Assembly (NCBI GenBank): GCA_964458485.1
Contig: CAYWJA010000003.1
Span: forward strand, 30,524-94,523
Reading direction: 5' to 3'
DNA length: 64,000 nt
Source: an uncultured Candidatus Peribacteria bacterium
GTDB lineage: Bacteria > Patescibacteriota > Gracilibacteria > UM-FILTER-43-11
The notes below the pieces were generated by a model. That model had not been told where the DNA came from, searched no databases, and saw only the letters and a list, made by a program, of their open reading frames with translations. Made by a program: the position numbers and the translations under genes. The stretch's first letter is position 1, and every line of letters starts with the position of its first letter. Positions 26,146-34,471 of the stretch are shown here, piece by piece.

Positions 26146-27337
26146 GATTATTTTGGGTTAAATATGCGTTGACACTTTCCATTCCATATAATTTACAAAA
26201 AGAAGCTGCGTCCTGGCCGCTCCAGTTGCCAACCTCTTCACCATAAATTCCCATGTTTGAATTAAGTAGAGAATATTTACTTTTGATAGACTGAACTTCC
26301 AAATTTCCTTTATATAATTTTATCTGCACTGTTCCTGTAGCGTATTTATTAGATGAGTCTAAAAATGCCTCCAGATTTTTTACCAGCGGATCAAGAAAAA
26401 GTCCTTCGTGGATTAGGTCTCCATATAAATTCCCTAAAATATTTTTCCAAAAAAGCTGTTTAGAAGTTAGGGTAATTTTTTCCAGTTCGCTATGGGCTTT
26501 AATTAATAATTTAAGTGCTGGAGCCTCAAAGCCGATCTTTCCTTTAATGCCGATAATCGTGGTGCCAATGTGATAATCCTTTCCAAAGCTGTGACTAACT
26601 GTAATAGTATTGAGTTTATTAATAATGCTGACACCATCCATTTTCTTGCCATTAAGGGAAACTGGTAAGCCTTTTTTAAATTTTATAGAAATTGAAATGT
26701 ATTTATTACTTGCCTCATTTATACTTTTTACATTGGGAAAAACTGAATCCGGCAATTCTTTATCAGTGCCTTTAGTTTCTTTGCCACCAATAGTAGTACC
26801 AAGTAAACCAATATTAATTGAATAATCTTTTATTTCCGGATTTACATTAATACCTGCCTTTTTTAAGACCGTAACTTCCTGTTTCCTTGTATGCCCCCCA
26901 TCACGGATCGGTGTTAGAATTTCAACTTCTGGCATTAAAGCCTTAAATGCAAAATCAAACCTTGCCTGATCATTGCCAGCACCAGTTGACCCATGTGCGA
27001 TTGCAGTTGCCTTTTCCTTTTTCGCTACCTCGACGATCTTTTCTGCAATTACATTTCTTTCCGGACCAACGCATGCAGGGTAAACACCGCCTTTGAGGTA
27101 GTTGGCCTTTATAATGTAGCTGGCGAACTTGTCGTATAGATCTTTTTTAGCATCAACTTCGTAATGTTTTATTGCGCCAAGTTTTTTGGACTGCATTTTG
27201 ATAGCCTGCAGCTCATCTTTCATAAAACCTCCTGTATGCACAGTTGCAGTTATAACTTTATATCCCTTTTTTTGAAGGTGTGGGATACAAAAGCTGGTAT
27301 CAAGACCACCGGAGAATGCGAGAATTACTGTTTTCAT
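26138..27337 (-). CDS. argG: Argininosuccinate synthase
   Basis: AFSGGLDTS N-type ATP-pyrophosphatase motif. 399 aa. First gene of the operon. Confidence 0.9.
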   Translation of the reverse strand: MKTVILAFSGGLDTSFCIPHLQKKGYKVITATVHTGGFMKDELQAIKMQSKKLGAIKHYEVDAKKDLYDKFASYIIKANYLKGGVYPACVGPERNVIAEKIVEVAKKEKATAIAHGSTGAGNDQARFDFAFKALMPEVEILTPIRDGGHTRKQEVTVLKKAGINVNPEIKDYSINIGLLGTTIGGKETKGTDKELPDSVFPNVKSINEASNKYISISIKFKKGLPVSLNGKKMDGVSIINKLNTITVSHSFGKDYHIGTTIIGIKGKIGFEAPALKLLIKAHSELEKITLTSKQLFWKNILGNLYGDLIHEGLFLDPLVKNLEAFLDSSNKYATGTVQIKLYKGNLEVQSIKSKYSLLNSNMGIYGEEVGNWSGQDAASFCKLYGMESVNAYLTQNNHD

Positions 27338-27581
27338 ATTATTAATTATTAATTAAAAAAACCTCCACACTAGGCAGAGGCTGTATAAATTGATATATCA
27401 CTAAATCACCGCAGCTTCTGCCGTTTTTTTACGCGTCGTCGATTTCTGTTAAATTGATTCATGATTATTACGATTATTACTATTGTGCTTTTCATTATAG
27501 GGTATTGTGGAAGTATTGTCAAGAATCTTACGTCAGTTATTTTGTTTACATTTGGAGGCTTATTGATGATAAAATATGAGG

Positions 27582-27610
27582 TTGACGTAAATTTTTCGTC
27601 AATATATAAT
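27582..27610 (+). promoter_or_regulatory. Sigma70-like promoter with an embedded inverted repeat, upstream of the TrmB-family gene
   Basis: TTGACG, 17 nt, then TATAAT. TTGACG..CGTCAA is a 6-bp inverted repeat spanning the -35 element and the spacer. Confidence 0.55.
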
Positions 27611-27655
27611 TTTGTTGGAATTTGTTCACGGAATCATAAATAACCCAACAAAATT

Positions 27656-28411
27656 ATGATCAACAAAGCCCTCTCACAATTCAACCTCAAATCCTCCGAA
27701 ATCGATACGTACACAACCCTTTTGCAAATCGGTGCGCAACCGGCGAGCGTTGTTGCAAAAAAGCTCGATAAACCGCGCACTACGGTAACCGTGTATCTTA
27801 AAAAACTCAAAAAAGAAGGGTTCATCCGAGTTATATGGAAGGGGCGAACGCAATATTATGTACCGGAGGATCCAAAACAGATTCTTAAAAACCTTCAGGA
27901 AAATAAAATCCGCTCAATGGAAAAAATGGATATGGGAATGCGTGCTTTTTCTACGATCATTCCGGAGCTTGCCTCTATAACGAGGACTGATTATGTTTTA
28001 CCAAAAGTAACATTTTACGAAGGAACTTCTGAATTAAAACAGATGTACAAAGATACACTTACATCTAAAACAGAAATTCTCTGTCTTAGCTCAGTTGAAG
28101 ATTTATGGGATCTTTTTGGCAGAGAATATGATAGTTGGTATGTAAAAAAGCGTGCAAAAAATCAAATTCCATTAATGTATTTGGCAAAAGATACACCAAT
28201 TGAGAGGAGTGAGATTAAAAAGGATAAAGAATTCTTCCGTCAGTCGCGACTACTACCGCCGGAACTTTTTGATATTACTAATGAGATAAATATTTATGAC
28301 AATAAAGTTTCTATAATTACATTAAAGGAGGAGAAGATTGGGATACTTATTGAGAGCAAAGAAATCTATCATACTATGAAGACTATATTTCGGATGTTGT
28401 GGGGGAAATAG
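27656..28411 (+). CDS. TrmB-family HTH transcriptional regulator
   Basis: N-terminal winged helix LSQFNLKSSEIDTYTTLLQIGAQPASVVAKKLDKPRTTVTVYLKKLKKEGFI. 251 aa. Divergent from the arg operon. Confidence 0.7.
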   Translation: MINKALSQFNLKSSEIDTYTTLLQIGAQPASVVAKKLDKPRTTVTVYLKKLKKEGFIRVIWKGRTQYYVPEDPKQILKNLQENKIRSMEKMDMGMRAFSTIIPELASITRTDYVLPKVTFYEGTSELKQMYKDTLTSKTEILCLSSVEDLWDLFGREYDSWYVKKRAKNQIPLMYLAKDTPIERSEIKKDKEFFRQSRLLPPELFDITNEINIYDNKVSIITLKEEKIGILIESKEIYHTMKTIFRMLWGK

Positions 28412-28437
28412 AAGTAGTGATATAAGGGTGTTCCGCT

Positions 28438-28589
28438 GTTTGTCATCCCGGACTTGATCCGGGATCCATGTAATAAAATAACGGCAATATTGCTAATCTA
28501 CATACATACTATTTTGCCCACTATTCAAAAAACGCATATTCGTTTTATACGTAAATGGTGGATCCTGAATCAAGTTCAGGATGACAAAA
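28438..28589. mobile_element. MITE-like element, copy d (152 bp)
   Basis: GTTTGTCATCCCGGACTTGATCCGGGATCC ... GGATCCTGAATCAAGTTCAGGATGACAAAA. Lies between convergent genes. Confidence 0.8.
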
Positions 28590-28598
28590 GGAAGCTAA

Positions 28599-29588
28599 TT
28601 ATTCCGTCTCTTTTGCTACAAATATTTTAGGATCCACTTCTTTGTCTTGTTCCTGTAATTTGGATATAACATCTTCTCGAACCTCTTGATTTGTGATGCC
28701 TGAGTACCTAAAATTTTCATAAAATTCTATAACAGTATCTGGCTGATGTTCTGCAGCCATTAATAAAAAGGTTTTAACATGTAAAATGTCAATTCTCCAT
28801 TGAAATGTGTCTACTATATTAATAGCTGCATGTACTTTTTCCGAATCTCCCCAAATTTCATTAATATCATCTACTTCTGCAGCACCTAAAATGCGTTCGC
28901 CATCATCTGTGCTTTCAAGGTCTTTCATTACCTCAAGGCTCTCCGTATCTTCTGTAACCTGAGCCGGCATACCTGCTTCTGGAGCATCTGGTATTTTACT
29001 ATCAGGTGATCTTTTTTTAGCAACCTCCAGTGCTGCCTGTAGCGCTTTTTCATTTTTAATTATACTTTCCATACCTGTATCTTCTATCCCCTCTATCGGT
29101 CTTTCAGCATAAAGATTGAAAAAAACATCAGGCTGAATGGTGGCTGCTATTATTAATAAAACTGCAAAATCTTCCGATTCCATTTCATATTCAAGTTTTG
29201 CAAAATCAATACAAACTTCATAAAAATGTTCTACAAACAATTCAAGAAGTGTTTCACATTTATAAATTTTTAAAAGGCGTTTGCATACTTCGGTATGTTC
29301 TATTTTTTCAGCCAATTCTTCAATGCCCTCATCTATATCTTCCGTTTCAATTTTTATAATCCCCTGAATGCCCCGCCTTACTGTAATTGCCGCTATTTCT
29401 TTTTCTAATTTTATGAAACTTTCCTCCTTCATCCTTGCTACAATTCCAATAACACCATCGTCAACATAATCATCAACAATATTCCCAAGGTTACTTTGTA
29501 TAAGCTCACGTATTTCTTGTGCAGCGCCAGATTCTGCTTCGGATGGCTTTTTTCCTTCCATTTTTATATCAATATGTATTTCTTTCAT
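28599..29588 (-). CDS. Highly acidic hypothetical protein (329 aa) with an internal duplication
   Basis: Long ORF, no TM or signal. Duplicated segment LLIIAATIQPDVFFNLYAE / FLLMAAEHQPDTVIEFYEN. Confidence 0.6.
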   Translation of the reverse strand: MKEIHIDIKMEGKKPSEAESGAAQEIRELIQSNLGNIVDDYVDDGVIGIVARMKEESFIKLEKEIAAITVRRGIQGIIKIETEDIDEGIEELAEKIEHTEVCKRLLKIYKCETLLELFVEHFYEVCIDFAKLEYEMESEDFAVLLIIAATIQPDVFFNLYAERPIEGIEDTGMESIIKNEKALQAALEVAKKRSPDSKIPDAPEAGMPAQVTEDTESLEVMKDLESTDDGERILGAAEVDDINEIWGDSEKVHAAINIVDTFQWRIDILHVKTFLLMAAEHQPDTVIEFYENFRYSGITNQEVREDVISKLQEQDKEVDPKIFVAKETE

Positions 29589-29703
29589 AGTAAGTGGTGA
29601 GAAACGAATGTAAAATTAAAAAATTAATGAATCAATTTATTATACTCTTTTTTTAGTTAAAAATCAAATTTTGTTATATATAATGTTAAAAAGCATGTGA
29701 TGC

Positions 29704-29756
29704 TTTTACCCTTACGAAAATGCTATACTTTTACTATACTTTTCGTAAGGTAAAAA
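29704..29756. terminator. Hairpin downstream of uvrB
   Basis: TTTTACCCTTACGAAAA..loop..TTTTCGTAAGGTAAAA. Confidence 0.4.
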
Positions 29757-29818
29757 ATAGCTAACAACTAGAAAAAGGGTAGCAAATTTTTTGGTCAATT
29801 TTGGTTATATGTATAAAC

Positions 29819-29846
29819 GTAGTGGACGCAGATCTGCGTCCACTAC
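29819..29846. repeat. Perfect 28-bp palindrome GTAGTGGACGCAGATCTGCGTCCACTAC
   Basis: Read directly. Lies just downstream of the uvrB stop. Confidence 0.95.
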
Positions 29847-29876
29847 ATGATTACATAATACCTTGCAAAAAATTTG

Positions 29877-31832
29877 CTAAATATTCTTCAGCTCATCAAT
29901 CTGATCCCTAAATCCTGCGGCTTTTTCGAATTCAAGGTTTTGAGACGCGATGTCCATCTTTGCGTTAAGTTCTTCGAGTAAACGAGGGATTTCTTCAGCT
30001 GGTATATTTGATTTAGTGTATTTCTTTTTCGGTTTACTTGTTCCCTGCTGAATATCACGGATTTCTTTTTGGATTGTCTGTGGAGTAATGCCGTGCTTTT
30101 TGTTATATGCCATTTGAATTGTACGACGACGGTTGGTTTCATCAATCGCCCCCTTCATGGCAGCAGTCATAACATCACCGTACATTATCACCTTTCCATT
30201 CACATTACGCGCGGTACGGCCGATGGTTTGAATAAGTGCATCGCGGGAGCGAAGGAAGCCTTGCTTATCTGCATCTAAAATCGCAACAAGAGATACCTCC
30301 GGTAAATCTAGGCCTTCACGCAATAAGTTGATTCCTACGATAATATCAATTTTACCCAAACGAAGGTCACGTAAAATTTCGATTCTTTCCATTGTATCTA
30401 CATCTGAATGCAGATATTTAACTTTATGATCTGCCTCGAGTAGGAAATCTGTGAGTTTTTCTGAAGATTTTTTAGTTAAAGTTGTGATAAGTATTCGCTC
30501 ATTTCTTTCTAATACCTGCCTGATTTCTTCCAAAAGATCATCTATTTGCTCTTTAGTTGGCCGAACTTCAACCGGCGGATCTATGAGGCCTGTTGGGCGA
30601 ATAATCTGTTCTATAATGTACTTCTTTTTTGTATTTTTAAATTCATATTTACCAGGTGTGGCGGATGTATAAACCACATTATTCATATGCTTTTCAAATT
30701 CTTCAAACTTTAAAGGGCGATTATCGTGTGCACTGGGCAATCGGAATCCATGTTCTATTAAATTTGTTTTACGAGAGTAATTTCCACTATGCATACCTCC
30801 TATTTGTGGAATCGAGATATGGGATTCATCTATCATCATCAAATAATCATCAGGAAAATAATCAAGCAATGTTGCCGGTTGTTCACCTGGTTCACGGCTA
30901 TTAATATAACGGATGTAATTTTCAATTCCACCGCAGTATCCTGTTTCCATCATCATTTCAATGTCATATTCCGTTCGAGTTTTAATTCTTTCCGCTTCAA
31001 CTAATTTTCCGATTTTTTTGAATTGTTTATAGCGAACATCCAAGTCTTCCCGAATTTGCTCAACTGCCTCATTAATTTTTTCTTTAGTAGTTACATTATG
31101 TTTGGATGGAAAGATTTTAACTTCGGTAAGATCTTTAATCACCTCACCTGTAAATGAGTCCGCCTCCTGCATCGCTTCAATTTCATCCCCAAAAAATTCA
31201 ACGCGAATCATATTATCTGAACTTGGTGGAATAATCTCCACAACATCACCCAGTACATGGAACATGCCGGATTTGAAATCTTTATGGGATCGGCTGTATT
31301 GCAGATCGGTTAGTTTGCGAAGGAGTTTGTCTCGTTTTACAAATTCGCCAACTTTTAATGTAATGGCTAAATCTTCATAGCTCGATACATCCCCAAGACC
31401 ATAAATAGCGGACACAGATGCAATTACTAAAACATCATTACGAGTTAACAGATTATGCGTAGCCATATGGCGGTGCTTATCGATTTCTTCATTTATAGAA
31501 GCATCTTTTTCAATATAAGTATCTGTTTTTGCTATATATGCTTCCGGTTGGTAGTAATCGTAGTAACTGACGAAATACGATACAGCATTATCCGGAAAAA
31601 ATTCCTGAAATTCTGAGCATAGCTGGGCGGCGAGCGTCTTATTATGCGACATGATAAGTGTAGGACGCTGAATCTCCTGAATTACATTTGCCATTGTGAA
31701 AGTTTTACCGGAACCAGTTACACCTAAAAGAGTTTGGTGTTTTTCACCTTTTTTTATACCTTTGATCAGTTTTTCTATTGCCTGCGGCTGATCGCCTGTG
31801 GGTTTGAATTTGGTTTTGAGATTGAATTTCAT
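29877..31832 (-). CDS. uvrB: Excinuclease ABC subunit B
   Basis: GVTGSGKTF Walker A, helicase motifs and a C-terminal UVR domain (..FEKAAGFRDQIDELK). Start moved to ATG 31832 (MKFNLKTKFKPTGDQPQAI). The longer track ORF reads through a repeat element. Confidence 0.92.
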   Translation of the reverse strand: MKFNLKTKFKPTGDQPQAIEKLIKGIKKGEKHQTLLGVTGSGKTFTMANVIQEIQRPTLIMSHNKTLAAQLCSEFQEFFPDNAVSYFVSYYDYYQPEAYIAKTDTYIEKDASINEEIDKHRHMATHNLLTRNDVLVIASVSAIYGLGDVSSYEDLAITLKVGEFVKRDKLLRKLTDLQYSRSHKDFKSGMFHVLGDVVEIIPPSSDNMIRVEFFGDEIEAMQEADSFTGEVIKDLTEVKIFPSKHNVTTKEKINEAVEQIREDLDVRYKQFKKIGKLVEAERIKTRTEYDIEMMMETGYCGGIENYIRYINSREPGEQPATLLDYFPDDYLMMIDESHISIPQIGGMHSGNYSRKTNLIEHGFRLPSAHDNRPLKFEEFEKHMNNVVYTSATPGKYEFKNTKKKYIIEQIIRPTGLIDPPVEVRPTKEQIDDLLEEIRQVLERNERILITTLTKKSSEKLTDFLLEADHKVKYLHSDVDTMERIEILRDLRLGKIDIIVGINLLREGLDLPEVSLVAILDADKQGFLRSRDALIQTIGRTARNVNGKVIMYGDVMTAAMKGAIDETNRRRTIQMAYNKKHGITPQTIQKEIRDIQQGTSKPKKKYTKSNIPAEEIPRLLEELNAKMDIASQNLEFEKAAGFRDQIDELKNI

Positions 31833-31963
31833 GTTGTTACCAAATGGTTTCCAGATAGTTTCCATGTTGTTACCAAATAGTTTCCAGATAGTTATTTTAG
31901 TAAACAATTTGGCAACTATTTGGAAACGCGATCCCGATGAAATCGGGAGAGCTGGGAACAATA
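31833..31963. repeat. CCAAATAGTTTCC-family element upstream of uvrB
   Basis: Tandem TACCAAATGGTTTCCAGATAGTTTCC units plus the core hairpin ATCCCGATGAAATCGGGA. Shares blocks with 57954-58060 in the opposite orientation. Confidence 0.8.
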
Positions 31964-32034
31964 GAATTATTAACCTAAAAAGAGTATCAAAAAAGACCTT
32001 GATGAGCAAGTGAGAGTTAAAAAAGCAAACTTTT

Positions 32035-32469
32035 TTACCTAAAACATCCAGATCGCCTAATGCCGTCACTACATACCATTGACCTCTCTTTTATCAATCT
32101 GCGCAAAGACTTCAGTAAAACAGATACATGTTCTATAAAACTATTTAATTCATTAGTAAATTGCGACTCTTTTAATTCAGCCAATGCCTGTTGAGATTCA
32201 CTCATCATAGATTCAATTTCTTCGTCAGATTGTCTTACTGGCTTAAGCTCATTAATATCTCTATAGATAGGTATTATTGCATATGCCGTATTTATCGTTG
32301 CCCTCATATCATCCGGCAATTGATTGCTCATTTCATCCATACCCACAAAAGTGTGTAAAACTTCAGCACTAATGACTACATCTACAGATTCTCTGGTAGA
32401 CGAAGCTACAGCACTTGACTCATCAGGTGATTCACTTGATTCTGGTGGAGTTTCTCCGGCAACTGGCAT
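32035..32469 (-). CDS. Acidic hypothetical protein (144 aa)
   Basis: ORF only. Ser/Glu-rich N-terminus and helical C-terminus. Confidence 0.4.
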   Translation of the reverse strand: MPVAGETPPESSESPDESSAVASSTRESVDVVISAEVLHTFVGMDEMSNQLPDDMRATINTAYAIIPIYRDINELKPVRQSDEEIESMMSESQQALAELKESQFTNELNSFIEHVSVLLKSLRRLIKERSMVCSDGIRRSGCFR

Positions 32470-32536
32470 TTTAAAAATGGTTAAAATATAGAAGGATTAA
32501 GAGTTTAGAATATTAATTAGGATTTGACAATGTTTT

Positions 32537-33454
32537 TTATTCCAAAATTTCAAACCCCTCCATAACAGCATCGCATATGAAGTCCTCTAGTAAGCTGGCG
32601 TCATCTGTAGTTTGTGCTTTTTGGAGGTAGGTGTAATAAAGTTGCTTATTTTCCTGCATTATCATTGCAGGTGGAAAATTTGCCTTAATAAGAATTGCAT
32701 TTAAAAGCAAACGGCCAACACGCCCATTACCATCGGAGAATGGGTGAATTTGTTCAAAACGACTGTGAATTTTGGATGCATGCAGAATGATATCTTTTCT
32801 TTTTCTGTTGATATATCTGACTAACTTATCCATTAAATAGGGTATTTTTATAAAATTGGCAGTCGGCACATTAGAGCCTACAATACGAACCCCGTGATTA
32901 CGGTAAAAACCCGCATCGTCGCGTATGCTGTTCATAAGGATTCCGTGAAGCTTTAATATAAACTTTTCATTAATCCTTTTTCTGCCCGCAAGGTGCCTGA
33001 TTAAATATTCAAAAGCTGCCTGATGATTTTTGGCTTCAATTTGTTCAATAAGGCTTTTATTTGGCAAGGGGCGATTTCTAAAAATCACCTGAGCTGTTTC
33101 ATTTTCACTTAAAGTACTGCCCTCGATACCATTAGAATTATAAGTTAAAGATAGTACAAATTCCTCCTGGATATCAGGAAATCCAGCAATTTTTTTTAGT
33201 ACACCAGGATGTGCGTTACTTCTGTCGGACAAAAATAACTTCTTTGCCTTTAAAAGGCTTGTTGGAATAACTTTTTGACCAGTGTACTCTTTATACATTT
33301 CATCGATCAGTTTTCCAGCTTCTCGACGGGGTTTTGAATGGTTATTTATCCAGCTATTTAAGGTTGCAAAAGAAACATCAAACTTTTGTGCAAGTTTTTC
33401 CTGAGTTAGCCGAGACAGGCGTTTGATGATTTGGAGCTTTTGGGATGTGTTCAT
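32537..33454 (-). CDS. HTH (XRE-like) + Fic-domain protein, class II (N-terminal inhibitory helix)
   Basis: Fic motif HPFSDGNGRVGRLL. Upstream SNGIEG fits the (S/T)xxxE(G/N) inhibitory motif. N-terminus is RLSRLTQEKLAQKFDVSFATLNSWIN. Start taken at ATG 33454. Confidence 0.8.
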   Translation of the reverse strand: MNTSQKLQIIKRLSRLTQEKLAQKFDVSFATLNSWINNHSKPRREAGKLIDEMYKEYTGQKVIPTSLLKAKKLFLSDRSNAHPGVLKKIAGFPDIQEEFVLSLTYNSNGIEGSTLSENETAQVIFRNRPLPNKSLIEQIEAKNHQAAFEYLIRHLAGRKRINEKFILKLHGILMNSIRDDAGFYRNHGVRIVGSNVPTANFIKIPYLMDKLVRYINRKRKDIILHASKIHSRFEQIHPFSDGNGRVGRLLLNAILIKANFPPAMIMQENKQLYYTYLQKAQTTDDASLLEDFICDAVMEGFEILE

Positions 33455-33614
33455 AACCACCTTTAAATTGATAACTTTATAAACTATCTTAATTTTATCA
33501 AACTTTATAAAGTTAGTCAATTATAAAAAAATTTATAAAGTTATCAATAATTATACTTCACAAAAAATACACCTCCTGATCTATAAAAGTCAGTGGTGAT
33601 AAAATTTTAAAGTC

Positions 33615-34346
33615 CTAATTAGCATCTTCATCATCTATTACCAATCTCTCCTTAGTCAATTTTATAACATCTTTAGATAACTCAGGGTCAACCTTTACTC
33701 CCGTAAAATCTCTTGCCATAAGTAATTGCTCGGCCGTTATATTGGAACCCCGTAAATCTGATCCATTTAAAGTTACGCTATCGAAAGTAGCACCTGCAAA
33801 ATTGACACTGCGCAAATCTGTATTGATAAAATCAACAGATCCAATGTCACCCCCTAATATAGCATCTCTTAAGTTAGCTCCTTTCAAATCAGATCCTTTA
33901 AATGTAGCCACATTTATCTCAGCACCTCTTAGATTGGCTCCTGCTAACGAACATTCAATAAAACCATTAAATGCAAATATACTTGCGGCAGCTAAATTTG
34001 CACCATTTAAATTTGATCTGCGCATACTGGTACTCAAATAACCCCCTTCAAGATTAATCCCCATGAGATGGAGATCTGTAATTTCTCTGCCTGCAAGATT
34101 AGGATGCCATTGTGGATATTCCTGTCGAAGTTTATTAAATTCCTCTACTTTATTTTGCAAAAACAGTATTCCTGCCTCTTCATTAATCGCTTGATTGAGA
34201 GCTGCTTCGATCCTAGATCTTCTTGTGCTAACTTTTTTTCTATTTTTCTCTTCTTCTCCAATTACCCTATTAAGATCCACTTCAAGTTCAAATCTTCTCA
34301 CCCTTGCATCTTCTCTTTCTTTGTTTGCTGTAGCTGCTGTAGCCAT
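33615..34346 (-). CDS. Pentapeptide-repeat protein with N-terminal coiled-coil
   Basis: About 20 A(D/N)LxX-type pentapeptides (NLNGANLAAASIF..LAGANLRGAEINVATFKGSDLKGANLRDAIL..). Confidence 0.85.
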   Translation of the reverse strand: MATAATANKEREDARVRRFELEVDLNRVIGEEEKNRKKVSTRRSRIEAALNQAINEEAGILFLQNKVEEFNKLRQEYPQWHPNLAGREITDLHLMGINLEGGYLSTSMRRSNLNGANLAAASIFAFNGFIECSLAGANLRGAEINVATFKGSDLKGANLRDAILGGDIGSVDFINTDLRSVNFAGATFDSVTLNGSDLRGSNITAEQLLMARDFTGVKVDPELSKDVIKLTKERLVIDDEDAN

Positions 34347-34471
34347 AGTTTTAGAAATTTTGATTGATATATCTGTATATTATAACATAGATTAATAAAT
34401 AAATAAAGATATTTACAATAAAAAATTATAATTTTCTGCTATTATGCCCCCCACTTAAATATTAAATAATA

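Noticed and set aside
27461-27643. 60-aa two-TM ORF between argG and the TrmB-family gene.
   Set aside because: It overlaps the best promoter candidate for the downstream regulator (27582-27610) and has no supporting features. It could still be a real small membrane protein.
31833-32069. 79-codon N-terminal extension of uvrB in the ORF track.
   Set aside because: The extension is the translation of a repeat element ([11 protein letters not shown] x2). UvrB homology begins at ATG 31832.
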